In this document: positions 55,168-63,014 of the stretch, in pieces
How positions within the stretch are numbered: the stretch's first letter is position 1
How the letters are laid out: every line of letters begins with the position of its first letter
Source: Clostridia bacterium
GTDB lineage: Bacteria > Bacillota > Clostridia > UBA1381
Direction: 5' to 3'
Assembly: GCA_045655325.1 (NCBI GenBank)
Contig: JAZOOY010000062.1
Location: 12,401 to 76,400 of the forward strand
DNA length: 64,000 nucleotides
Translations under genes and position numbers: made by a program
The notes under the pieces: model-generated
Told to the model about the DNA's origin: nothing
Databases searched by the model: none
Seen by the model: the letters and a program-made list of their open reading frames with translations, nothing else

Positions 55168-56049
55168 ATGTTTAAAGGATGTTGTCCGGTTGTTAACGTT
55201 CCTTTCAATGAGGACTATTCAATCGACTTTGAATCACTAAAGAGCGAAATCGATTTCATATATGACGGAGGCTGTAAGAGCATTTGTCTATTTGCATTCA
55301 ACTCAGAACCATATAAGCTATCATTTGATGAAAAGGTTGAAACAATTAAGCAGTTCCTACAGATGGTAGACAAGAGAATGGAAACACTAGTTGGTCTTGT
55401 TGAAAACTCTCTTGGCGACGTTATCAATCTTGGCAAGGCTGCAAAGGAATATGGTGCTGACGGTGTTATTCTTTACCCACCTGCACTTTCAACTCCGCAA
55501 GGGGCAGCTTTGGTTGAATACTTTAAGACAATTGCAGACGCAGTTGATCTACCTGTAATGATTCAGGATAACCCACGTTCAACAGGCGTAACAATGCCAC
55601 TTGAAATGCTTCTTGACGCATTCCGTGATATTGAACAGTTCAACTACATTAAGGTTGAATGTCCAATCCCAATGAGAAAAATGCGTGAAATCATCAAGAG
55701 AACTGACGGAAAGCTACTTTGCTACAACGGTAACGGCGGTATCTTCGCTATTGACGCATTCATAAGCGGTGCTACAGGTATTATGCCGGGTGCACTACTT
55801 GCCGGCGAATTTGCTGAAATGACAAAGACATTTGAAAGCGGTAATCTTGAAGAAGCAAGAGATAAGTTTGAAAAGATTCTTCCACTTGCTTGGTACGAAG
55901 ACCAGTCACTTGAGTTCTATGTAGCTTGTGAAAAGTTCCTTCTAAAGGAAATCGGAGTTATTAAGAGCGATACAGTAAGAAAACCTGGCGTTCAGCTAAC
56001 AGACTTCGAAAAAGAAGAACTATTAAATCTTTATAAGAGACTTAAATAA
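55168..56049 (+). CDS. divergent DapA/NAL-family class I aldolase-like protein
   Basis: Overall DHDPS-like (beta/alpha)8 pattern (GADGVILYPP, IKVE lysine region), but the canonical GxTGE loop is replaced by AFNSEPYK. Confidence 0.6.
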   Translation: MFKGCCPVVNVPFNEDYSIDFESLKSEIDFIYDGGCKSICLFAFNSEPYKLSFDEKVETIKQFLQMVDKRMETLVGLVENSLGDVINLGKAAKEYGADGVILYPPALSTPQGAALVEYFKTIADAVDLPVMIQDNPRSTGVTMPLEMLLDAFRDIEQFNYIKVECPIPMRKMREIIKRTDGKLLCYNGNGGIFAIDAFISGATGIMPGALLAGEFAEMTKTFESGNLEEARDKFEKILPLAWYEDQSLEFYVACEKFLLKEIGVIKSDTVRKPGVQLTDFEKEELLNLYKRLK

Positions 56050-56058
56050 ATGTAACAG

Positions 56059-56092
56059 TTCGGGTAGGGCGGCTTGCCCTTCCCGAATTTGT
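56059..56092 (+). terminator. hairpin/partial terminator between the second aldolase gene and the TIM-barrel gene
   Basis: TTCGGGTAGGGC-GGCTT-GCCCTTCCCGAA (one mismatch) followed by TTTGTAT. Confidence 0.55.
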
Positions 56093-56120
56093 ATATTATA
56101 ATCATATCGGAGGACTTGAT

Positions 56121-56951
56121 ATGAAATTCGAAAACGGAATTGGCCTTACAACTGCAGTGCTTTTGCCATTTTTTAATGACCTTTTGGAAGATACATTAAA
56201 AACAATAGAATGGGCAAAGGAAAACGGTTTTTCCTGGGTTGAGGTACGTGATAAAAACGTGGAGCTTAATAGAGCTGGCGTTGAAAAAATCCGTAACCTT
56301 GCGAACAAGCTTGGCATAAGAATCCACTATGCTTGGGACTCAAACGATATGCTAAAGCCGGGAAATGATGCGCTTTTTAAGAAAGCTATTCAGAATGCGG
56401 CAGTTTTTGGCACAGATACAGTTGCAAGACTTACTTTTGCAAACTCTGTATTTATGGAAAACCCAAAAGCTTGCGGATTTACAGAACGTCAGGCTGATTT
56501 GATTTGCGAAAAGGTTATTTCATATAACCGTCTTGCAAAGGCGTCAGGCGTAATCCTTTGCTATGAAAACGCCCTTGAATCTTTATATAATAAAGGTGAC
56601 GAAAAGGGAATAGAATACTTCTTAAATAGACTTGGCTTTATGAAGATGACCTATGATATGGGTAATGCGCTAAATAAAAACGCAGGCGCTTCTTATTCTT
56701 CTCCAAAAGAAACAGAAGACTTTTATGAAAAGTATAAAAATAAAGCACCATACATCCACTTTAAAACCACAAAAGACGGCATAATGCAACCAAAAATGGT
56801 TATGGATGCCGATGTTGACTTCGAAAAATACTTTAGAATGATACCGGATGACGCTTGGCTTTGTGTTGAAATCCCTGCAAGCGAAACCGAGGCTCAAACT
56901 AAGGAAAATATAATAGATGCACTTGTTTCAATGAAATCATTTGCAATGTAG
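56121..56951 (+). CDS. xylose-isomerase-like TIM-barrel protein (sugar phosphate isomerase/epimerase family)
   Basis: 276 aa. Pattern typical of the AP_endonuc_2/xylose isomerase-like fold (ENALES, MTYDMGN, CVEIP). Confidence 0.55.
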   Translation: MKFENGIGLTTAVLLPFFNDLLEDTLKTIEWAKENGFSWVEVRDKNVELNRAGVEKIRNLANKLGIRIHYAWDSNDMLKPGNDALFKKAIQNAAVFGTDTVARLTFANSVFMENPKACGFTERQADLICEKVISYNRLAKASGVILCYENALESLYNKGDEKGIEYFLNRLGFMKMTYDMGNALNKNAGASYSSPKETEDFYEKYKNKAPYIHFKTTKDGIMQPKMVMDADVDFEKYFRMIPDDAWLCVEIPASETEAQTKENIIDALVSMKSFAM

Positions 56952-56980
56952 GAAAAGGACAGAAATCTGTCCTTTTTTTA
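56952..56980 (+). terminator. intrinsic terminator closing the sugar-acid cluster
   Basis: GGACAG-AAAT-CTGTCC followed by a T7 run. Confidence 0.8.
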
Positions 56981-57098
56981 TTGTAAATTAGATAATGGGT
57001 GTGGTATAATATAGGAAGATGGTAAAGAGGTAAAAAGTTTTTATTAATTTTAGCGCCTGACTTGACACGGGTCTATAAAATAATTCAAGGAGAGAACT

Positions 57099-58271
57099 AT
57101 GAAAGATTTTATTTACTATGCACCTACCAAAGTATTCTTTGGAAAGGACAAGCATAAAGATATAGGAAAAATAATAAAAGAGTTCGGATACGATAACATA
57201 ATGCTTCAGTATGGACAGGGAAGCATAAAGAAATCCGGACTATATGATGAGGTAATGACATCCCTTACTGAAAATGGTATAAATGTTGTGGAAATGGGCG
57301 GTGTTGAGCCAAATCCGAAGATTACCTTTGTTCGAGAGGCTGTTAAGTTAGCAAAAGAAAAAGGCGTTCAAATGATACTTGCAGTTGGTGGCGGAAGTGT
57401 TCTTGATTCTTCAAAATACACCGCTGCAGGTGCTTGTAGCGATTGTGACCCTTGGGATTTTCCAACAGGCAAAGCAAAGGTGGAAAATTCATTGCCTTTG
57501 GGATGTATCCTTACTATTGCCGCAGCAGGAAGTGAAATGAGTTCATCTGCGGTTATCACCAATATGGAACTTAATATGAAACGTGGGTTTAACAGCGAAT
57601 TTAACAGATGCAAATTTGCTATTATGAATCCTGAACTAACATATTCGGTATCAAAATATCAAACCGCCTGTGGCGTGGTTGACATTATGGCACACACAAT
57701 GGAGAGGTATTTTATGCCTATTGAACCAACAGACCTTACAGACAGAATCGCCGAAAGTGTTTTAAAAGCGACAATTTCAGCAGGTGCAACACTTATGGAA
57801 AATCCTGAAGATTATGAAGCTCGTGCCAATATGATGTGGGCATCAAGCCTGTCTCATAATGACCTTACAGGCTGTGGCCGTCAGAATGCACTTCCTGTGC
57901 ATCAATTGGAGCATGCTTTAAGCGGTGAGTATGACCAGATAGCTCACGGTGCAGGACTTGCAGTGCTATTTCCTGCTTGGGCAAAGTATATCTACAAGCA
58001 TAACATTCCACGCTTTGCACAGTTTGCACGAAGGGTTTGGGATTGTACCGAAGAAAATGATGAAACTGCAGCACTTTGTGGAATTCAAAAAATGGCTGAA
58101 TATTTCAAATCAATCGGTATGCCATCAAGCCTTGCGGACTTTGACCTTGACGAGAACTGCATAGAAAGACTTGCAGAACTTTGTACTTTTGGAAAACAAA
58201 GAACAATTAAAAGCTATATCGATATGGACTTTGATGTGATAAAAGAAATATTTGAAATTTGTGCGAAGTAG
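57099..58271 (+). CDS. iron-containing (group III) alcohol dehydrogenase, BdhA/YqhD-like
   Basis: GGGSVLDSSK NAD(P) motif and His-rich metal site (HTMERY, HQLEH, HGAGLA). 390 aa. AAGGAG SD. Confidence 0.8.
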   Translation: MKDFIYYAPTKVFFGKDKHKDIGKIIKEFGYDNIMLQYGQGSIKKSGLYDEVMTSLTENGINVVEMGGVEPNPKITFVREAVKLAKEKGVQMILAVGGGSVLDSSKYTAAGACSDCDPWDFPTGKAKVENSLPLGCILTIAAAGSEMSSSAVITNMELNMKRGFNSEFNRCKFAIMNPELTYSVSKYQTACGVVDIMAHTMERYFMPIEPTDLTDRIAESVLKATISAGATLMENPEDYEARANMMWASSLSHNDLTGCGRQNALPVHQLEHALSGEYDQIAHGAGLAVLFPAWAKYIYKHNIPRFAQFARRVWDCTEENDETAALCGIQKMAEYFKSIGMPSSLADFDLDENCIERLAELCTFGKQRTIKSYIDMDFDVIKEIFEICAK

Positions 58272-58307
58272 AACAATGGTACTTTACTATTGAAAGGAGA
58301 ACGTACT

Positions 58308-59246
58308 ATGAAAGGATTTTTCATATTAACTGTTGTCAGTTGTTTATTGCTTTCTGCCTGCACTAGCTCCGATGTTGGAATAATAGGCGGTGCAGACGGT
58401 CCTACAAGTGTATATGTAAAGGGTCAGTTTGGTGAGCAATACGAGAAAAAGCCTATCAGAATGTTCAATGTTGACGGGGATTTATACTATGATTCAGGTC
58501 TTGTAAGCGGGACAGAAGCCCGTTGCGGAGTGATGGATGGAAGCCTTAAAAAGACGGTAGAAGAAAATGAAATCCCGCAAAAATCAGGAGAGGCAAACTT
58601 TGATGTTGATGGCTATCAACACGCGACAAGTATTACCAAAGAAGTTTGTATTGACGGAGAATGGATAATTTTTAAAAAGTTCAATCCTGAGCATTCCAAA
58701 GGAATTGGCGAATTAAAATATGGATTTTATATCAAAGGGCGTTTGAATAATGCGGTAATAGACAGCGAAATAGTTGTATTAACCGATAATAAAGACATAA
58801 CCTTTTCACAGGTATACGAGCCACTATTAAGCTCACAGCTTGATGCAGGTAAGGACAATGGCATTGTAGTGTTTGAGCATATTGTATCAGGCGACGAATG
58901 GGGACTTACTCTATATGCAGACAATGTCACCAATAAAGGAATGACCATTAAATTTGAGCAGTTTGGCGGTAATCCTGATGGGGAATTTGGAACAGGCGCA
59001 TGGTATAAGATAGAAAAACTGGTTGAAGATGAGTGGCAGGATGCTGAAGCTAAAATAGACAATCCGGTATGGAATATGATTGGCTATATAATAAAAAGAA
59101 ACGATATAACTGAATATGAAATAAATTGGGAATTTTTGTACGGAGAATTACCTGCAGGCTCATATAGATTAAGTAAAGAAATTGATTTTGGAAAACCAGG
59201 TAATTATGAAAAGAAGATATATTACGCATGGTTTGATATTGAGTAA
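58308..59246 (+). CDS. lipoprotein of unknown function
   Basis: Start moved to ATG 58308 behind AAAGGAG. Signal peptide with lipobox LLSAC. No family recognised. Confidence 0.5.
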   Translation: MKGFFILTVVSCLLLSACTSSDVGIIGGADGPTSVYVKGQFGEQYEKKPIRMFNVDGDLYYDSGLVSGTEARCGVMDGSLKKTVEENEIPQKSGEANFDVDGYQHATSITKEVCIDGEWIIFKKFNPEHSKGIGELKYGFYIKGRLNNAVIDSEIVVLTDNKDITFSQVYEPLLSSQLDAGKDNGIVVFEHIVSGDEWGLTLYADNVTNKGMTIKFEQFGGNPDGEFGTGAWYKIEKLVEDEWQDAEAKIDNPVWNMIGYIIKRNDITEYEINWEFLYGELPAGSYRLSKEIDFGKPGNYEKKIYYAWFDIE

Positions 59247-59288
59247 TTTTTTCACAGCGGGATATACTATTACCGAGGTGATTAAATT

Positions 59289-59417
59289 ATGGGCAAAGAG
59301 AAAGAGCAGGATAACAAGAAAACTGCAACCGATAATCAATGGGTTTCCACTGGTGTAACCCGTCCGACAGATAAATCAGTACGAAAAGATGGTCCTGGTG
59401 GAGAAGGTTCAAAATAA
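59289..59417 (+). CDS. candidate 42-aa hydrophilic small protein (MGKEKEQDNKKTATDNQWVSTGVTRPTDKSVRKDGPGGEGSK)
   Basis: ATG 59289 preceded by GAGGTG at 8-nt spacing. TAA at 59415-59417. Followed by hairpin AATCAAGAG...CTCTTGATT plus a T-run. Below the ORF-track length cutoff. Confidence 0.4.
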   Translation: MGKEKEQDNKKTATDNQWVSTGVTRPTDKSVRKDGPGGEGSK

Positions 59418-59425
59418 ACCATATA

Positions 59426-59466
59426 AATCAAGAGTAAACCAAAAGGTGATGCTCTTGATTTTTTTA
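59426..59466 (+). terminator. intrinsic terminator after the small ORF
   Basis: 9-bp stem AATCAAGAG/CTCTTGATT with a 17-nt loop, followed by TTTTTT. Confidence 0.55.
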
Positions 59467-59536
59467 TGGATTGAAAAGAAGTTAAATGTATGATATAATT
59501 AGTCATTGAAAAGAAGTAAAAATAAGGAGAAAAAGT

Positions 59537-59914
59537 ATGCAAGACGTTACAAAAGATAACAAATTCGGTGTTGAGATATACGATTATAAAGGTGAAGACT
59601 ACAAAACTGCAATGAGTTTTGGCGCTTGGCGAGTTGCATATCTTAACCACGGAGAAGAGTTTTCTGAAGAAAATTTCATAAAAATAGAACGTCACAACGA
59701 AAGTGATGAAGTGTTCGTACTTCTTGAGGGCAAAGCCACTTTGATTATCGGCGAAGAACTTAACAAAATAGAAATGGAAACACACAAGCTATACAACGTG
59801 CCAAAAGGCGTGTGGCACCACATTTTCACATACGATGATGCAAGAGTACTGATTGTGGAAAATGAAGACACAGGAATTGAAAACTCGGATTTTATATACA
59901 TTGAAAAGAAGTGA
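59537..59914 (+). CDS. cupin-fold protein of unknown function
   Basis: 125 aa. AAGGAG SD. HNESDEVFVLLEGKATL ... VPKGVWHH is a typical two-motif cupin pattern. Confidence 0.45.
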   Translation: MQDVTKDNKFGVEIYDYKGEDYKTAMSFGAWRVAYLNHGEEFSEENFIKIERHNESDEVFVLLEGKATLIIGEELNKIEMETHKLYNVPKGVWHHIFTYDDARVLIVENEDTGIENSDFIYIEKK

Positions 59915-59925
59915 GGACATAAGTT

Positions 59926-61086
59926 ATGCTAAATACAATTTCTTATGTTATTGAAAACAGAATACTGAAAAAGCTTGTTTTAAGTAAGAGTGTGGATAAG
60001 GAAATCATCCGCACAACAGGCAGGCTTATTGAGATAAAAGGCGAAGTGTATCTGGCACTTGAAAGCTTTATGCAGGACGGAAAAGCTATTCAAAAGAACA
60101 TCCCCGAAAAGGAGGCAGTACAGAAACTATCCGAACTTGTGCCAGCTACATATAAGCAGGTTAACATCATAACAACTCAAGGTGATGCCGAAATTAAGGT
60201 TTCTAAAAAAGACAAAATCACAGTTATTGATAAGATAAAAAAGGACAAGCCAGGAAAAACACAGGTGGAAAAGAATAACAAGGACAAAAACTACATTATT
60301 CCTGACGGTGAGCCTGTTGATTTCTTGATAGAGCTTGGTGTTCAGGACAAAAACGGACGTATTTTTGATAAAAAACGCTCAAAATTCCGACAGATAAACC
60401 GCTTTTTGGAGCTTGTATCTGACGTAGAAACTGACATTATTAAAGGCGATGATTTATATATCCTGGACCTTTGTTGCGGAAAAAGTTATTTAAGCTTTGC
60501 GATTTACTATTATTTCACCAAAATAAAGGGACTTGCCGTTCAAATGGACTGTGTTGACCTAAAAAAGGACGTTATAAAGTATTGCGGTGACGTGGCAGAA
60601 AAGCTTGGTTATAGTGGACTTAACTTTGTCTGTGGCGATATAAAGGACTTTAAGATAAAAAGAGCACCTGACCTTACAGTATCACTCCACGCATGCGATA
60701 TTGCAACGGATATCGTGCTTGCAAAAGGCATAGATTCTGCTTCTAGAGTTATAATGTCAACGCCGTGTTGTCATCACGAAATGATGGGACAGCTAAAGGC
60801 AAAAGGCGAAGTTACTGATGTTTTAATGAAACACTCAATCTTAAAGCAGAAATTTGCGGATAGTTTAACCGATGCACTAAGATGCAAGGTGCTTGAAATA
60901 AACGGATACGAGGTAAATGCTTTAGAGCTTATTGACCCTGAAGAAACACCGAAAAATGTGCTTATACGTGCTGTTAAAAAGGGCAAAATATCAAGTGGAG
61001 ATGCGGATAAACTAAAAGCCGAATACAAAGATATTTGCGATATGTTCGGCATAAACCCATACCTTTGGGATTCTTACGCAAAATAG
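59926..61086 (+). CDS. class I SAM-dependent methyltransferase with an N-terminal domain of unknown function
   Basis: Motif I-like ILDLCCGKSYLS, and later VSLHACD and STPCCHH, resembling the Methyltransf_32-type family. The first ~170 aa were not recognised. Confidence 0.5.
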   Translation: MLNTISYVIENRILKKLVLSKSVDKEIIRTTGRLIEIKGEVYLALESFMQDGKAIQKNIPEKEAVQKLSELVPATYKQVNIITTQGDAEIKVSKKDKITVIDKIKKDKPGKTQVEKNNKDKNYIIPDGEPVDFLIELGVQDKNGRIFDKKRSKFRQINRFLELVSDVETDIIKGDDLYILDLCCGKSYLSFAIYYYFTKIKGLAVQMDCVDLKKDVIKYCGDVAEKLGYSGLNFVCGDIKDFKIKRAPDLTVSLHACDIATDIVLAKGIDSASRVIMSTPCCHHEMMGQLKAKGEVTDVLMKHSILKQKFADSLTDALRCKVLEINGYEVNALELIDPEETPKNVLIRAVKKGKISSGDADKLKAEYKDICDMFGINPYLWDSYAK

Positions 61087-61087
61087 T

Positions 61088-61116
61088 TTGACAAAATAAT
61101 TTTATAGCAGTATAAT
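61088..61116 (+). promoter_or_regulatory. sigma-A-type promoter of the Mrp/NBP35 gene
   Basis: TTGACA, 17 nt spacer, TATAAT. Confidence 0.6.
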
Positions 61117-61153
61117 TACAAGGATGCTATTTGATATATAGGAGGAAGAATAA

Positions 61154-61978
61154 ATGAGTGAAAGTTGTTCACATAACTGCGAAAGCTGTTCTGCAAATTG
61201 TAGTTCAAGAGAAAAAGAGAGCCTTTTAGCTCCTTTAATGGACGGAAGCTCTGTTAAAAAAGTTATTGGCGTTGTAAGTGGTAAAGGCGGTGTTGGAAAG
61301 AGCCTTGTAACATCACTTTTAGCTGTTCTATCACAAAGAGCAGGATATAATACAGCAATTTTGGATGCGGACATTACAGGCCCATCAATCCCAAAAACAT
61401 TTGGTATCAAAGGAAGAGCAGAAGCCTGCGAGTTTGGTCTTTTGCCATCAAAATCAAAGATGGGCACAAAGATTATGTCATTAAATCTTTTAACTGAAAA
61501 CGAAACTGACCCGGTTATCTGGCGTGGCCCTGTAATTGCAGGAACAGTAAAACAATTCTGGACAGATGTGGTTTGGGAAGATGTTGACTATATGTTCATC
61601 GATATGCCACCGGGAACAGGCGACGTTCCGCTAACAGTATTCCAGTCCATTCCGGTTGATGCAATCGTAATTGTATCATCACCGCAGGAGCTTGTTGGAA
61701 TGATTGTTGAAAAGGCTGTTAAAATGGCAAAGATGATGAATATCCCTGTTCTTGCGCTTGTTGAAAATATGAGCTATGTAACTTGTCCTGACTGTGGCAA
61801 GGAAATCCGTATTTTCGGCGAAAGCCACATTGAAGAAATCGCAGAGAGAAACGGAATTAGCCGAACTGCAAAAATTCCTATGGATATGCGCCTTGCGGGT
61901 GCTTGCGATAAGGGTATGATTGAACTCTTTGACGGAAACTGGCTTGACGAAGTGTTTGGTGCAATAGAGAAACTATAA
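61154..61978 (+). CDS. Mrp/NBP35-family iron-sulfur cluster carrier ATPase
   Basis: Deviant Walker A SGKGGVGKS, CPDCG (CxxC) cluster ligands, and a Cys-rich N-terminus CSHNCESCSANC. Confidence 0.8.
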   Translation: MSESCSHNCESCSANCSSREKESLLAPLMDGSSVKKVIGVVSGKGGVGKSLVTSLLAVLSQRAGYNTAILDADITGPSIPKTFGIKGRAEACEFGLLPSKSKMGTKIMSLNLLTENETDPVIWRGPVIAGTVKQFWTDVVWEDVDYMFIDMPPGTGDVPLTVFQSIPVDAIVIVSSPQELVGMIVEKAVKMAKMMNIPVLALVENMSYVTCPDCGKEIRIFGESHIEEIAERNGISRTAKIPMDMRLAGACDKGMIELFDGNWLDEVFGAIEKL

Positions 61979-62006
61979 AAAAAGACCTGAATTTCAGGTC
62001 TTTTTA
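61977..62006. terminator. bidirectional terminator between the Mrp and AraC genes
   Basis: AGACCTGA-ATTT-TCAGGTCT, flanked by A7 and T5. Confidence 0.75.
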
Positions 62007-62852
62007 ATTTTCTTCGCGGAATTTTGCAGGGGTTGTACCCTTGATTTCTTTAAAGGTCTTAATAAAATAGCTAAGGTCATTAAACCCTGAAGAATATGCA
62101 ATATCAGTAACGCTCATATCAGAGTTTAAAAGCTTTCTTGATGCCTTTTCAATTCGGTATGCTTTAAGATATTCGGTAGGTGTCTTCAAGGTCATTTTCT
62201 TGAAAAAGGCACAGAAGTATTTTGGCGACATTACCGCAATTTGCGCCATATCATCAAGTGTTATTGGCTTGTCATAGTTGCTTCTTATATAGGAAAGCAC
62301 ATTTTTTAGTTTAGGGATATTTTTGTCTTGTAAAACTTCATTTTCGCTACTGTTTGAGTGGTACAGGTGATTATCAATGATAATACCGAAAAGCCTATAA
62401 AGTGCACCGATTACGCTGAATTTATAGCCAGAAGACATATTGTTCATAGAAGAAAAAAGATTCTCTATACTTTGGTGGAGTTCATCATCTTGGTAAGGAA
62501 AAAACTCGTCAATTTTGTATTCAAGGTTTAAAATACTATCTATAAAATATCTGCAGGCAGCATCCTTTGTTGAAAGCATCTCCATATTCATTACTACACA
62601 TTCATAAGTGCAATCTTCTGTTGGGAAAGCACTGTGGACAGTTTCGCAATTAACAAAAACTATATCGCCTTTTTTTGCAGTATATTCCTGGTTTGAAAGT
62701 CGCACTGTTAAAACACCGTCTAAAACCTTGATTATTTCGACGTTTGTGTGCCAGTGGGATGCCATTTCAAACTTCGGGTGATGTTTATCTACGTGATAAA
62801 GCTGAATAGGGAAATCAAGTGTTCCGTGTTGCTTTAGTTCGTTATACCCCAT
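62004..62852 (-). CDS. AraC-family transcriptional regulator, divergent from fucI
   Basis: N-terminal cupin-like region (HWHTNVEII) and C-terminal HTH_18 (MSPKYFCAFFKK ... GFNDLSYFIKTFK). Confidence 0.75.
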   Translation of the reverse strand: MGYNELKQHGTLDFPIQLYHVDKHHPKFEMASHWHTNVEIIKVLDGVLTVRLSNQEYTAKKGDIVFVNCETVHSAFPTEDCTYECVVMNMEMLSTKDAACRYFIDSILNLEYKIDEFFPYQDDELHQSIENLFSSMNNMSSGYKFSVIGALYRLFGIIIDNHLYHSNSSENEVLQDKNIPKLKNVLSYIRSNYDKPITLDDMAQIAVMSPKYFCAFFKKMTLKTPTEYLKAYRIEKASRKLLNSDMSVTDIAYSSGFNDLSYFIKTFKEIKGTTPAKFREEN

Positions 62853-63014
62853 AAATGTCTCCTTTGTCTATAAAATCATATAAAATACATAAAAACGGAA
62901 TATTTTTAGTAAAAAATGTGAATATAATTATACTTTTTATTATTGTAGCACAAGTATTTAATTAAAGTCAAGCGTATAATTTATAGTATAAAATAGCGAT
63001 AGGAGGATTTTGAT

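Noticed and set aside
57004-57020. 12-nt match (TATAATATAGGA) to the 5' end of the 98-nt repeat, considered as a third, degenerate copy.
   Set aside because: Similarity stops after 12-13 nt and none of the hairpins are present. It is most simply a -10 box in AT-rich DNA.
59336-59785. 149-aa minus-strand ORF overlapping the small-ORF terminator and the cupin gene.
   Set aside because: Phe/Tyr/Ile-rich low-complexity translation with no SD. It overlaps a plus-strand gene that has a good SD and a cupin motif pattern.
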